Positions 1-9,502 of a stretch of DNA of 64,000 nucleotides are shown one piece after another; positions within the stretch are counted from its first letter, which is position 1, and each line of letters opens with the position of its first letter. The stretch spans positions 21,919 to 85,918 of the forward strand of contig SHUD01000003.1 in NCBI GenBank assembly GCA_009697505.1, read 5' to 3'. Origin of the DNA: Bryobacterales bacterium (lineage in GTDB: Bacteria > Acidobacteriota > Terriglobia > Bryobacterales > Bryobacteraceae). The position numbers and the translations under genes were made by a program. The notes under the pieces are model-generated. The model was not told the DNA's origin and did not search any database. It worked only from the letters and a program-made list of their open reading frames with translations.

Positions 1-1466
1 AAGCGGACGCCACGCGCATCCTGTTCGGTATTAAGGAGCGCTACGAGAAATTCCACGCGGTGGCGTATACCGACGAAGCCATCGAGAGCTCGGTGCACTC
101 CTCGGTACGTTTTATTCCGGACCGCTTCCTGCCGGACAAGGCCATCGATCTGATTGACGAAGCCGGCGCGCGCGTGAAGCTACGGCAGACCACTCTGCCG
201 GGCGAAGTGGCGGACATCCAGAAGCGCATCAAGTTCATTGTGCACCGGATGGAAAACGCCATCGCCAATCACGAGTTCGAGAAGGCGCGGTTTTACTCCG
301 ACGAGGAGCGCAAGGAGCGTGAGAACCTGCGCGTACTGCGCGCAAAGTACAACCTGGATGACACCTCAACCGGCGTCGTGACCAAGGACGATATCGAGGA
401 CGTGGTGGCGCGCTGGACCGGCGTCCCCATGACCGCGATCAGGGAAGAAGAAGTATCCAAGCTCCTGCGCATCGAAGAAGAACTGCATAAGCGCATCATC
501 AGCCAGGAGAAGGCCATTTCGGCGCTGGCGCGGGCCATCCGCCGTTCGCGCGCGGGCCTGAAATCACCCAAGCGGCCGGCGGGATCGTTTCTGTTCCTGG
601 GCCCCACGGGCGTCGGCAAAACGGAAGTGGCGCGGGCGCTGGCCGAATTTCTGTTCGGCAGCGAGAAATCACTGGTACGTTTCGATATGTCCGAGTTCAT
701 GGAAAAGCACTCGGTTTCGAAGCTGATCGGCTCGCCTCCGGGTTACGTGGGTTACGAAGAGGGCGGGCAGTTGACCGAGCGCGTCAAACGCGCGCCGTAT
801 TCGATCATTTTGCTCGACGAAATCGAGAAAGCGCACCCGGATGTTTACAACATTCTGTTGCAGGTGTTTGAAGACGGCCAGTTGACCGACGGGCTCGGCA
901 ACACGGTGGACTTCAAGAACACCATCATCATCATGACTTCGAACCTGGGCGCGCGTTTCCTGGACAAGCGCAGCCCCATGGGCTTTTCCGCCCCCAGCGC
1001 CGGCGTGCCGGCCAAGGTGGAAGATCAGGTGATGAGCGAAGTGAAGAAGGCGTTCAACCCTGAATTCCTGAACCGCCTGGATGAAACCATCCTGTTCACG
1101 TCGCTCAACGACGACGACCTGCTGAAGATCATGCATCTGCTGGCCGATCAGATCAACCTGAACCTGGTCTCCAAGCAGATCAAGCTCCACCTGCACGATG
1201 ACGCGGCCAAGTACATCATCGACAAGACGCTGACGGACCGCAGCTATGGCGCGCGCCCGCTGCGCAGGGCCTTACAGAAGTACATCGAGGACCCGCTCAG
1301 CGAAGCTCTCATCCAGGGCTCGCTGCCGCGGCCATCGGAGCTCGAAGTCTACCTGAGCGAGGGCGGCATCTTCGTGCGGCCGCTGCTGGAGCAACCGGTG
1401 GGCGCGGGCGACGGCGGCGTGGCGGAAGCTCCGCTTCCGGGGATGGCGCTGTATTTGTTCGAGTAG
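1..1466 (+). CDS. clpC: ATP-dependent Clp protease ATP-binding subunit (ClpC type), 5'-truncated by window edge
   Basis: RFLPDKAIDLIDEA, UVR-like middle domain, Walker A GPTGVGKT, LLDEIEKAHPDV, YGARPLRR. Confidence 0.93.
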   Translation, partial: ADATRILFGIKERYEKFHAVAYTDEAIESSVHSSVRFIPDRFLPDKAIDLIDEAGARVKLRQTTLPGEVADIQKRIKFIVHRMENAIANHEFEKARFYSDEERKERENLRVLRAKYNLDDTSTGVVTKDDIEDVVARWTGVPMTAIREEEVSKLLRIEEELHKRIISQEKAISALARAIRRSRAGLKSPKRPAGSFLFLGPTGVGKTEVARALAEFLFGSEKSLVRFDMSEFMEKHSVSKLIGSPPGYVGYEEGGQLTERVKRAPYSIILLDEIEKAHPDVYNILLQVFEDGQLTDGLGNTVDFKNTIIIMTSNLGARFLDKRSPMGFSAPSAGVPAKVEDQVMSEVKKAFNPEFLNRLDETILFTSLNDDDLLKIMHLLADQINLNLVSKQIKLHLHDDAAKYIIDKTLTDRSYGARPLRRALQKYIEDPLSEALIQGSLPRPSELEVYLSEGGIFVRPLLEQPVGAGDGGVAEAPLPGMALYLFE

Positions 1467-1479
1467 GAGCGGAACAGCG

Positions 1480-2001
1480 TTAGCGGCGTTCAGGGGTGGG
1501 AATGCCGCATTGATCGCAGAACTTTGCGAGAGGCTGAAGAGCGTGTCCGTTAGGGCAGAGTCGCTCCCAGTCTTGATCCCATAATTGGTGCCCAGAATAC
1601 AAAACAGCCAAAGCTGCGGAATAGAAAATCATCCAATGCCCGGAGAACCACCGGACAACTGGTGGGGGCATTGACCCGCTCCCTGCGTCTTTGGGAACCA
1701 CGAACAAAAAGTACGCGAAATTCAAGAAAGCGTACCCAAAGAGGCCGTAGGTCATGTACCTCATCCATTCTGGACATCCACGCAAAACGGCTTTCCAGAG
1801 ATCTTTCTGGGGATAGTTCCTGGCAAGTCGATTCGCCACCAACACAGTAGGGAGCCACACAACAAAAACTCCTACGTGTAGATCCGATGTATGGTCCCCC
1901 AGAGGACCTTGTTTCCCGAAAATAGCGGCAATGTGGGAAACCATGCTAAGCGCCAGCCCAACGGCCGCAAGCCCGGCAAAGAAGCAGAGGATCGTTCTCA
2001 T
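1480..2001 (-). CDS. Hypothetical 4-TM membrane protein with C-terminal zinc ribbon
   Basis: Hydrophobic segments plus CPNGH...FCDQCG; lower GC than flanks. Confidence 0.7.
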   Translation of the reverse strand: MRTILCFFAGLAAVGLALSMVSHIAAIFGKQGPLGDHTSDLHVGVFVVWLPTVLVANRLARNYPQKDLWKAVLRGCPEWMRYMTYGLFGYAFLNFAYFLFVVPKDAGSGSMPPPVVRWFSGHWMIFYSAALAVLYSGHQLWDQDWERLCPNGHALQPLAKFCDQCGIPTPERR

Positions 2002-2104
2002 CGCTCTATTCGTACTTTAGACGAAACTGGGCGAAGCCTGCCGCTCCATCACTGTCGCGGTTCGGCGCTGCGCACTGCGATTTCCGTGGCGAGTACCGCG
2101 GGCC

Positions 2105-2440
2105 TTACTGTTCATCGAAGAAGCCGTCACTCAAGAGCCATTCCAGGTCACGGCCGCCATGGATGACGCGGACAAGTTCAACACCGTCGTTCAATGGGAA
2201 ATAGAAGAGAAGAATCTTCTCAAATCCACCGGAAACAGGCATCCGCCGCATCCCCTGTAACTCTAATTCATGAACGAAGACCGGGGCTCCGCTTTCCGGC
2301 TGCGTGGCCAGCAGGCTGAGAGTAGCGTCCGCGGCCTGGAGAAATTTGTCCGCAACCTCGATGCCGGCATTCTCCGCGTACCAAAGCCACTGCGCAATGA
2401 GATCTCGCTTGGCGGTCTCGCGTTTCCGGACGCGGGCCAT
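2105..2440 (-). CDS. parE: Type II toxin, RelE/ParE family
   Basis: AKRDL...VADKFL...L..QPESG...LFY....VELVRVIHGGRD pattern; start abuts antitoxin stop. Confidence 0.85.
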   Translation of the reverse strand: MARVRKRETAKRDLIAQWLWYAENAGIEVADKFLQAADATLSLLATQPESGAPVFVHELELQGMRRMPVSGGFEKILLFYFPLNDGVELVRVIHGGRDLEWLLSDGFFDEQ

Positions 2441-2709
2441 CAGGCCTTCTTGCGGGCTTTGCGCGCCTCAAATTGCTTCAAGGCTGCTTTGCGGATATCG
2501 GCCCAGTCCCGGCGCGTCATCGGGGTAGCGGCGCCGCTCCGAACGCCTTCCATGAGCATCGCTTCGAGCTTGTGTTGGGCTTTGCGCTTCTCGTCGCCGC
2601 GGATCAGATCCCGAACATATTCGCTGACGCTGCTGTAGCCGCCGGAACCAACTTGATTGTCAACGAACTCTTTGAGCTGATCCGGCAGGGAGATATTCAT
2701 CGTCTGCAT
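2440..2709 (-). CDS. parD: Type II antitoxin, ParD/CC2985 ribbon-helix-helix family
   Basis: TMNISLPDQLKEFVD.QV.SGGYSSVSEYVRDLIR signature. Confidence 0.9.
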   Translation of the reverse strand: MQTMNISLPDQLKEFVDNQVGSGGYSSVSEYVRDLIRGDEKRKAQHKLEAMLMEGVRSGAATPMTRRDWADIRKAALKQFEARKARKKA

Positions 2710-2915
2710 GAGGCACCTTTGGTTTCTGGCTTCACGATATCATGCATGGCAAATTATGGCAAGAGTTGCTATCGCTCCCTGGTGACGATGGCCGGTGGGC
2801 GGACTACGATAGAAACCGGAAGACCTTTGCGCGAGGTCTAGCGTGAGGTCGGTCAGCTCGGTACGCTGTGGCGGGCCGTCGCCAATTAAAGACCGGTTTG
2901 CCGGTTCACCAGCTA

Positions 2916-3971
2916 CTACTTCTGCGGCCAATACTGGGGTCGCACGCGGATGACGGCGCCGGGGCGGGAGGGGATCGCGACGCGGATCTCGTGGGGGCCG
3001 TCCTTCGTGCTGGCCGCGGGCACAAAGCTGAGCAGATACTGGCTGTGAATCTCTTCGCCCGCGCGTGAAATCACGGCCTCCAGCATAGGCAGCGTGACGA
3101 AGGAGAGCTGCCGCCCTCCGGTCGCCCGCGCCAGCGCCGTCGTGACGTTGGCTTTGCCCAGGCGGCCGAGTTCCGTAGCGCCGCCCAGCAGGTCCACGTT
3201 ACTGGCCGCGCTGTTCTCGGCTGCGCCGCGCGCACCGCTGCGAGGGGCGTCGACTTGCTTGTCGCCCGGATCACGCGGCTGCGGCATGGACGGGCTGTTG
3301 GCCGGGCGCGAGGCGAAGGCCGAAGCGCTTACGGAGTACGTTGCGGTGTAGATCACCACGCCCGCGCGCTGGGCCATTTCCATGGCGGTCTTCAAGTTCG
3401 CCGTGCTGCCGCGGTCGCGCGATTCGCTCAGGATCAGCATTACGCGGCGGTTGTTGGGCGAGCGCGTGTCCAACAACTTGACGCCTTCCAGAACCGCATC
3501 GAGCAAGCGCGCGGTGCGGATGCTGCGGCTGCGGATGCCCAGAAAAGCCGCGCCGATGGCTCCCGAGTCGGTGGTGAAGTCCGTGCGCAGGCGCAGTTCG
3601 TCGTCGAATTCCATGACGGCGGCCTGGCCGCGCGCGCCGATCACCAGGGGCTTGATGAGCCCCCCGACGCGCTCGATGCGCGCCAATGCCGGCGCGGAGA
3701 TCGCGCTGGCTTGAATCAGCACGACCAGCGATACGGGAGCCACCACCAGGTCGGAGGTATCCATACGGATCTTCTGCGGCTTGCCGTCGTCGGTGAGCCG
3801 GAAGTCGTCAACGGTGAGGCCGTCGATGAAGGCGCCCTTGCGGTCGGTGACGGTAACCGGCGCCAGTACCAAGGGGACGTTTGCTTGAATGGCAGGGCTC
3901 TCCGGCTCCTGCTGCGCGGAGACGGGCAGAAGCGCCAGGAGTGCGGCGAAGGCAAGAAAGAAACGGACCAC
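2916..3971 (-). CDS. Secreted VWA-domain protein (acidobacterial VWFA-related type)
   Basis: Signal peptide; VTVTDRKG.FIDGLT.DDF.L.DDG.PQ.I; ATGG; E.HSQYLLSF.P. Confidence 0.8.
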   Translation of the reverse strand: MVRFFLAFAALLALLPVSAQQEPESPAIQANVPLVLAPVTVTDRKGAFIDGLTVDDFRLTDDGKPQKIRMDTSDLVVAPVSLVVLIQASAISAPALARIERVGGLIKPLVIGARGQAAVMEFDDELRLRTDFTTDSGAIGAAFLGIRSRSIRTARLLDAVLEGVKLLDTRSPNNRRVMLILSESRDRGSTANLKTAMEMAQRAGVVIYTATYSVSASAFASRPANSPSMPQPRDPGDKQVDAPRSGARGAAENSAASNVDLLGGATELGRLGKANVTTALARATGGRQLSFVTLPMLEAVISRAGEEIHSQYLLSFVPAASTKDGPHEIRVAIPSRPGAVIRVRPQYWPQK

Positions 3972-4011
3972 GTATTTATAAGACGCCTAACTTCAGAGTA
4001 GCGTTTCGAAT

Positions 4012-5145
4012 TTACTTCTTCACGTGCTTGCCGATCCAGTCGGCCATGAGCTTGGCGATTTCCAGGTTGTTCTTCTCAAGCATCATCATGTGGCCGTTGC
4101 CGTGAATGCCTTTCGCGCCCAGCGCAATATGTTCATTCGCCACGCCCATCTGGGTCAGATATTGCGAAGTGCAGTGGTCGTAGGGGGCGTGATAGGACGC
4201 CTCGCCGGTGACGATCACGATGGGGATTCCGGCGAGTTTCGGCATCTTATGAGGCACGGTGGCTACCCAGCAGGCTTGGAGGTCAGCGGCCTGTGGCTTG
4301 TCTTCGCGCTTGGGTGCCAAGTCGGAAACGTTTTTCACAGGCGGATCGTAGGTCAGGTGATCGTAGGCCACGCCGTAGGTCCGTAGAGCGGTCGGGTCGG
4401 CGGTGGCGGTCGGCACGGTGTTATAGAAGGGCGGCCCGGCGGGCTCGACGGCAACGATGCCCTTGACCAGCTCCGGCACGTCGTCGGCGATCATCCAGCC
4501 GAAAGGCCCGGAGCGCGAGTGCGTCATGACGATGGCTGGTCCGATCTTGCGCAGCAGGGCGGCTCCCGCGCCGCGGTTGGCGGAATCCATGATCAGGTTG
4601 CCGGCGATGGAAGGATTTTGCGAGGCGAAGAACTGCTCGAAAATAGCGTCGCCGCGCATACCCGTGCCGGGCCATTGCGTGTGCAGCTTGGCCTGCGGCC
4701 AGATGTTGTATTTCTCGATCGCCGTAAACTGGCGCTCGGTGGTGACGATGTTCGGTTCGGCCAGCATTCCGTCGGCGGCAGCGTTGTAGCGGGAGCGGCC
4801 GCGCGCGACTTGGTCGACGATGTAGACGGGGAAGCCGCGGCGCAGGAAGTATTCGGCCCAACCGGGGCGGTCGTCCGGCGTTCCCAGAAAATTGCTGCCG
4901 TTCTGGGCATTGCCGTGAATCATCACGATGGGGTAGGGCGCGGTAACTTTGGCCGGGATCTGATATTCGACAAACATCTGATCCACGGTGGCCCCGCCGG
5001 CGGTGCGTCCTCCGGCGTAGAAGTAGCCTTGCTTGGCGATCGACAGAGGCACGGGGGCGTTGCCACCGGCGGCGCTACTGGCGACAACTCCAGCCAGAAC
5101 CAACGTCACGACAAGGGCAGCAACGATGGATTTGCGGGTGGTCAT
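4012..5145 (-). CDS. Secreted alpha/beta-fold hydrolase
   Basis: Signal peptide; MIHG, TPDDRPGWAEYF, THSRSG nucleophile elbow, GNGHMMMLEKN. Confidence 0.85.
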   Translation of the reverse strand: MTTRKSIVAALVVTLVLAGVVASSAAGGNAPVPLSIAKQGYFYAGGRTAGGATVDQMFVEYQIPAKVTAPYPIVMIHGNAQNGSNFLGTPDDRPGWAEYFLRRGFPVYIVDQVARGRSRYNAAADGMLAEPNIVTTERQFTAIEKYNIWPQAKLHTQWPGTGMRGDAIFEQFFASQNPSIAGNLIMDSANRGAGAALLRKIGPAIVMTHSRSGPFGWMIADDVPELVKGIVAVEPAGPPFYNTVPTATADPTALRTYGVAYDHLTYDPPVKNVSDLAPKREDKPQAADLQACWVATVPHKMPKLAGIPIVIVTGEASYHAPYDHCTSQYLTQMGVANEHIALGAKGIHGNGHMMMLEKNNLEIAKLMADWIGKHVKK

Positions 5146-5218
5146 AGGGGCCTCCAATCCTGGTGACAATTATCGCAAATGTGATTGCGCCTATCGGTTC
5201 GCGTTACCCTAGTCTCTA

Positions 5219-6763
5219 ATGTCAGACCGGATGGAAGAACTGCGGCGCCGTCATGCGGCGGCGGAAGCGGGGGGCGGCGCGGAGCGACAGGCGCGCCAGC
5301 ACGCCGAAGGCAAGCTTTACGCTCGCGAGCGCATCGATCTCCTGCTCGATGAAGGCACGTTTGAGGAGATGGACAAGCTGGTCCGCCACCACTGCCGCGA
5401 TTTCGGCATGGATGAGCAGGTGATCGACGGCGATGGCTTCATCACCGGCTACGGGTTGATCCACGGCCGTCCGGCGTACGTGTTCGCGCAGGATTTCACG
5501 GTCTTTGGCGGGTCGCTGTCGGAAGCGAATGCGAAGAAGATCGTCAAGATCATGGATCTGGCGATGAAGACGGGCGCGCCGGTCATCGGACTCAATGACT
5601 CCGGAGGCGCGCGCATTCAGGAAGGCGTGCTTTCGCTGGGCGGCTATGCCGATATTTTTCTGCGCAACACGCTGGCGAGCGGCGTGATTCCGCAGATCTC
5701 GGCGATTATGGGGCCGTGCGCCGGCGGCGCGGTGTACTCCCCTGCTCTGACGGATTTTGTGTTCATGGTCGACAAGACCAGCTACATGTTCGTAACGGGG
5801 CCGGAGGTGATCAAGACGGTCACGCATGAGGATGTGACGAAAGAGGCGCTGGGCGGCGCGGCCACGCACAACGCCACCAGCGGCGTGGCGCACTTCCAAT
5901 CGCATGACGACGCGGAATGCCTGCGGACGATTCGCGAGCTCATGAGCTACCTGCCGCAGAACAATCGCGACGCAGCGCCCGCGGGGAATACGGACGATCC
6001 GGCCGATCGCGAAGACGTGGCTCTCGACACGCTGGTTCCGGCGGAGTCCCATCAGCCTTACGACATCAAGGACGTGATCCGGCGCGTGGCCGATCACGGC
6101 GAGTTTTTGGAAGTGCATGAGCACTGGGCGCGCAACATCGTCGTCGGCTTCATCCGCATGGAGGGACGCAGCGTCGGCGTGGTGGCCAATCAGCCGGCGT
6201 TCCTGGCCGGTTGCCTGGATATCGACTCTTCGACGAAGGGAGCGCGGTTCGTGCGCTTCTGCGACGCGTTCAATATTCCGATTCTGACTTTCGAAGACGT
6301 GCCGGGCTTCCTGCCTGGGACGGCGCAGGAATTCGGGGGAATCATCCGGCATGGGGCCAAGCTCCTGTATGCGTACGCGGAGGCGACGGTGCCCAAAATC
6401 ACCGTGATTACGCGTAAGGCCTACGGAGGCGCCTATTGCGTCATGGGGTCCAAGCACCTGCGGACGGACGTGAATCTGGCCTGGCCCACGGCCGAGATTG
6501 CAGTGATGGGCGCGGAGGGCGCGGTGAGCATTGTCTACCGCCGGGAGTTGGCTGCCGCGGATAAGCCGGAGGCCGTCCGCCAGGAGAAGATCGAGGAATT
6601 CCGGGAGCGCTTCGCCAGTCCTTTTGTGGCGGCGGAGAACGGTTTCGTCGACGATGTGATCGAGCCTCGCCAGACGCGTCCGCGCGTGATCCGCGCGCTG
6701 CGCATGCTGGCGACCAAAGTGGATACCATGCCGAGGAAGAAGCACGGAAATATCCCGCTCTGA
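5219..6763 (+). CDS. pccB: Acyl-CoA (propionyl/methylmalonyl-CoA) carboxyltransferase beta subunit
   Basis: [50 protein letters not shown]. Confidence 0.9.
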   Translation: MSDRMEELRRRHAAAEAGGGAERQARQHAEGKLYARERIDLLLDEGTFEEMDKLVRHHCRDFGMDEQVIDGDGFITGYGLIHGRPAYVFAQDFTVFGGSLSEANAKKIVKIMDLAMKTGAPVIGLNDSGGARIQEGVLSLGGYADIFLRNTLASGVIPQISAIMGPCAGGAVYSPALTDFVFMVDKTSYMFVTGPEVIKTVTHEDVTKEALGGAATHNATSGVAHFQSHDDAECLRTIRELMSYLPQNNRDAAPAGNTDDPADREDVALDTLVPAESHQPYDIKDVIRRVADHGEFLEVHEHWARNIVVGFIRMEGRSVGVVANQPAFLAGCLDIDSSTKGARFVRFCDAFNIPILTFEDVPGFLPGTAQEFGGIIRHGAKLLYAYAEATVPKITVITRKAYGGAYCVMGSKHLRTDVNLAWPTAEIAVMGAEGAVSIVYRRELAAADKPEAVRQEKIEEFRERFASPFVAAENGFVDDVIEPRQTRPRVIRALRMLATKVDTMPRKKHGNIPL

Positions 6764-6805
6764 GCGACTGAGAAGTAGGACCGCCCCCAGGCACTAACCC
6801 TTCAC

Positions 6806-7681
6806 ATGGATTTTAGTCTGGGCTTAGGCGTGCTGGCGTGCCTCTCCACTCCGTTGGCGTGGTGGTATTCCGGGCGCCGCGCGACGCGTAAGGCGGCCGA
6901 CGAGACGGCGCCGGTTAGCGTGCAACCGGAGCACCCGTCCGACGACCTGGCTGGTGTCAATGCGGAACTGCGGCGGGCCAATGCCGAGTTGAGGGATTTT
7001 GCCCACATCGCCTCTCACGATCTGCAGGAACCGCTGCGGATGATCACCAGCTATCTGCAACTGCTGGAACGGCGTTATGGAGACCAGTTGGACCCGGAGG
7101 CGCGGGAGTTCATCGCTTTCGCGGTGGACGGGGCGACGCGGATGAAGAGCCTGATTCGGGATCTCCTGAGTTTTTCACAGGCGGGAACCGCGGTTGCGAA
7201 CTTCCGGCCGGTAGCAGCCACCATGTTGCTGGATCAGGCTCTTGCCAATTTGGAAGTCGCGATTGAAGAAAGCGAGGCCCACATCACCACGGACCCGCTT
7301 CCGGAGATCGTCGCCGACTCGAACCTGCTGGTGCAAGTGTTCCAGAACCTGATCGGGAATGCGATTAAATTCCACGCCGACACACCTCCCTCCATTCACG
7401 TCTCGGCTACGGAACAGGATTCTTCCTGGGTGTTCGCCATTCGCGACAACGGAATCGGCATAGACCAGCAACACGGCGCGAGAGTTTTCCAGATCTTCGA
7501 GCGCCTGCATGGCGCTGACCAGTATCCGGGCACGGGCGTAGGGCTTGCGATCGTCCAGAAAATTGTCGACCGGCATGGAGGAACGATCTGGTTCAAATCC
7601 CAAGTAGGATCCGGAACCACGTTCTATTTCTCAATCCCGATTCAGCACGGAATGGCGATGGCACAAACGAATTCGGTTTGA
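6806..7681 (+). CDS. Sensor histidine kinase, Cph1/BphP-like transmitter, without obvious sensor domain
   Basis: ASHDLQEPLR H-box, NLIGNAIKF, DNGIGI, GTGVGLAI; one N-terminal hydrophobic segment. Confidence 0.88.
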   Translation: MDFSLGLGVLACLSTPLAWWYSGRRATRKAADETAPVSVQPEHPSDDLAGVNAELRRANAELRDFAHIASHDLQEPLRMITSYLQLLERRYGDQLDPEAREFIAFAVDGATRMKSLIRDLLSFSQAGTAVANFRPVAATMLLDQALANLEVAIEESEAHITTDPLPEIVADSNLLVQVFQNLIGNAIKFHADTPPSIHVSATEQDSSWVFAIRDNGIGIDQQHGARVFQIFERLHGADQYPGTGVGLAIVQKIVDRHGGTIWFKSQVGSGTTFYFSIPIQHGMAMAQTNSV

Positions 7682-7726
7682 TGAGAACATCGCTTGCGCG
7701 CCTCCACTAAGAGTTGTTGCCGCGCG

Positions 7727-8251
7727 ATGCCGTCCCGTTCTTCCGTTCCCCGCAAGCCCGTCGAGATACTCCTGGTCGAGGATAATCCGGGAGATGTCCG
7801 CCTCATGCGGGAAGCGCTCAAGGAAGGGGGCTTTCTCAAGAGGTTGAACGTCGCCAAGGACGGCGAACAGGCGCTGGCTTTCCTGCTCCGGCAGGGACCT
7901 TATGAAGAAGTGGCCGCGCCGGCGCTTGTCCTCCTGGACCTGAATCTGCCGCGTAAGAATGGCCGCGAGGTGCTAGCCGAGATCAAGGGAGAGAAAACTC
8001 TGCGGCACATTCCGGTGTTTGTGGTATCCACTTCCACGCGGCAAGAGGATATCGCCGCAGCCTACGACCTGCACGCCAACTGCTATATTCCGAAACCGCA
8101 TGACCTCGAAGGCCTGATCGAAATGGGGCGTTTGATCGAGGCGTTCTGGCTGAAGATGGTGGTACTGCCGAGTGCGGCGCTTCCCACTCCGTTCCCGCCA
8201 GCTAAGGTCAACTCGCGGATTCGGCCGCCAGCTTCTCGAAAAATTTCTTAA
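7727..8251 (+). CDS. Single-domain response regulator, Rcp1-like
   Basis: ILLVEDNPGD, LLDLNLPRKNGREVL, AYDLHANCYI.KP. Confidence 0.88.
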   Translation: MPSRSSVPRKPVEILLVEDNPGDVRLMREALKEGGFLKRLNVAKDGEQALAFLLRQGPYEEVAAPALVLLDLNLPRKNGREVLAEIKGEKTLRHIPVFVVSTSTRQEDIAAAYDLHANCYIPKPHDLEGLIEMGRLIEAFWLKMVVLPSAALPTPFPPAKVNSRIRPPASRKIS

Positions 8252-8645
8252 TCATCATCTTTGAAGTGCCGTCGATCAGACGCTGCCCGATCGCCGCCAT
8301 GGTGCCGCCAATTTGCGCGTCGCCCTCATAGGCGACTTCGGTGCCTTCGCCTGACGGGGTCAGTTTCAGCAGGCCCTCGCCTTTGACGAAGCCGATCTTG
8401 GAGCTGCCCTCCACCAGTAAACGAAAACTCGAGGGCGGGGACTGATCGGTGATCTTGACCTTGCCCTCGAAGGCACCGGAGAGGCTCGCCAGCGCCATCT
8501 TCATCTTCATTCGGTACTCGTCGGGGCCGGTCTGTTCGAGACCTTCGCAGCCGGGAATCGCGCGAGCGAGCATCGCCGGATCCTGCATGACAGCGTACGC
8601 CCGCTCCCGCGGAAGCGGCAGAGTGTAGGAACCTGAAATCTTCAC
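8208..8645 (-). CDS. coxG: CoxG/SRPBCC family protein
   Basis: L..AIPGCE.LE, GG.MAAIGQRLID; GTG start 4 nt after coxM-like stop. Confidence 0.85.
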   Translation of the reverse strand: MKISGSYTLPLPRERAYAVMQDPAMLARAIPGCEGLEQTGPDEYRMKMKMALASLSGAFEGKVKITDQSPPSSFRLLVEGSSKIGFVKGEGLLKLTPSGEGTEVAYEGDAQIGGTMAAIGQRLIDGTSKMMIKKFFEKLAAESAS

Positions 8646-8649
8646 CTGG

Positions 8650-9501
8650 TCAGGCCTTGCTTGCCGCCGCTGTGATGGCACGGGCCGCATACACGGAAGC
8701 CAGGTGCCTGCGGTAATCGGCTGAGGCGTGCAAATCAGAGTTGGCGTCGATACCCTGCGCCACCAGCGCCGCCGCTTTCGTGATGTCATCGGCGGAACCC
8801 GCGCTGCCTTCGAGAGCCTTCTCCGCGGCCCAGGCGCGGTAGCCGATGTTGGACAGGCCCGTGACGCCGATGCGGGCCAGCGTGATTTTTCCACCGCTCC
8901 GCTGCACGCGCACGGCCACGCCCACGATGGCGAAGCCGCTGGCGGGTTGTGGCATCTTGAGATAACTGGTGCCCGTGCCGGCCTGCTCGACCGGAACGAC
9001 GACCTCGCGGACGACTTCGCCGGATTCGAGCGACGTCGTGAACGCGTCGACGAAGAAATCGGCCGCGCTCACGGTGCGCTCGCCCTTCGCTCCGCGGATG
9101 ACGATTTTGGCTTCGAGAGCCTGCAAGGCAGCGGGGTAATCCGCCGCCGGATCGGCGTGCGCGACGCTGCCGCCCATGGTGCCGACGTTGCGGATCTGCG
9201 GGTCGCCGATCGCTCCCGCGGCCGCCGATAGTAAGGGACACTTGCCGCGCACCAGCGCCGAACTTTCCACGGAGTAGTGAGTGGTGGTGGCGCCGATGTG
9301 CAGTTCGCCCGCGGCTTCGCGGATGTAGTCGAGGTCTTTGATGCGGCCGAGGTCGACCAGATGCTCCGGCGTGGCCAGGCGCAGCTTCATCATGGGGATC
9401 AGGCTCATGCCGCCGGCCAGCGGCTTGCCGCCGCTTGCGAGCAGGGCCATGGCCTCGTCCAGAGTCTTGGGAGCCGTGTATTCAAAAGTCTGCGGAATCA
9501 T
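8650..9501 (-). CDS. coxM: Xanthine dehydrogenase family FAD subunit (CoxM-like)
   Basis: LAGGMSLIPMMKLRLA, IGDPQIRN.GT.GGS.AHADPAAD. Confidence 0.9.
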   Translation of the reverse strand: MIPQTFEYTAPKTLDEAMALLASGGKPLAGGMSLIPMMKLRLATPEHLVDLGRIKDLDYIREAAGELHIGATTTHYSVESSALVRGKCPLLSAAAGAIGDPQIRNVGTMGGSVAHADPAADYPAALQALEAKIVIRGAKGERTVSAADFFVDAFTTSLESGEVVREVVVPVEQAGTGTSYLKMPQPASGFAIVGVAVRVQRSGGKITLARIGVTGLSNIGYRAWAAEKALEGSAGSADDITKAAALVAQGIDANSDLHASADYRRHLASVYAARAITAAASKA

Positions 9502-9502
9502 C

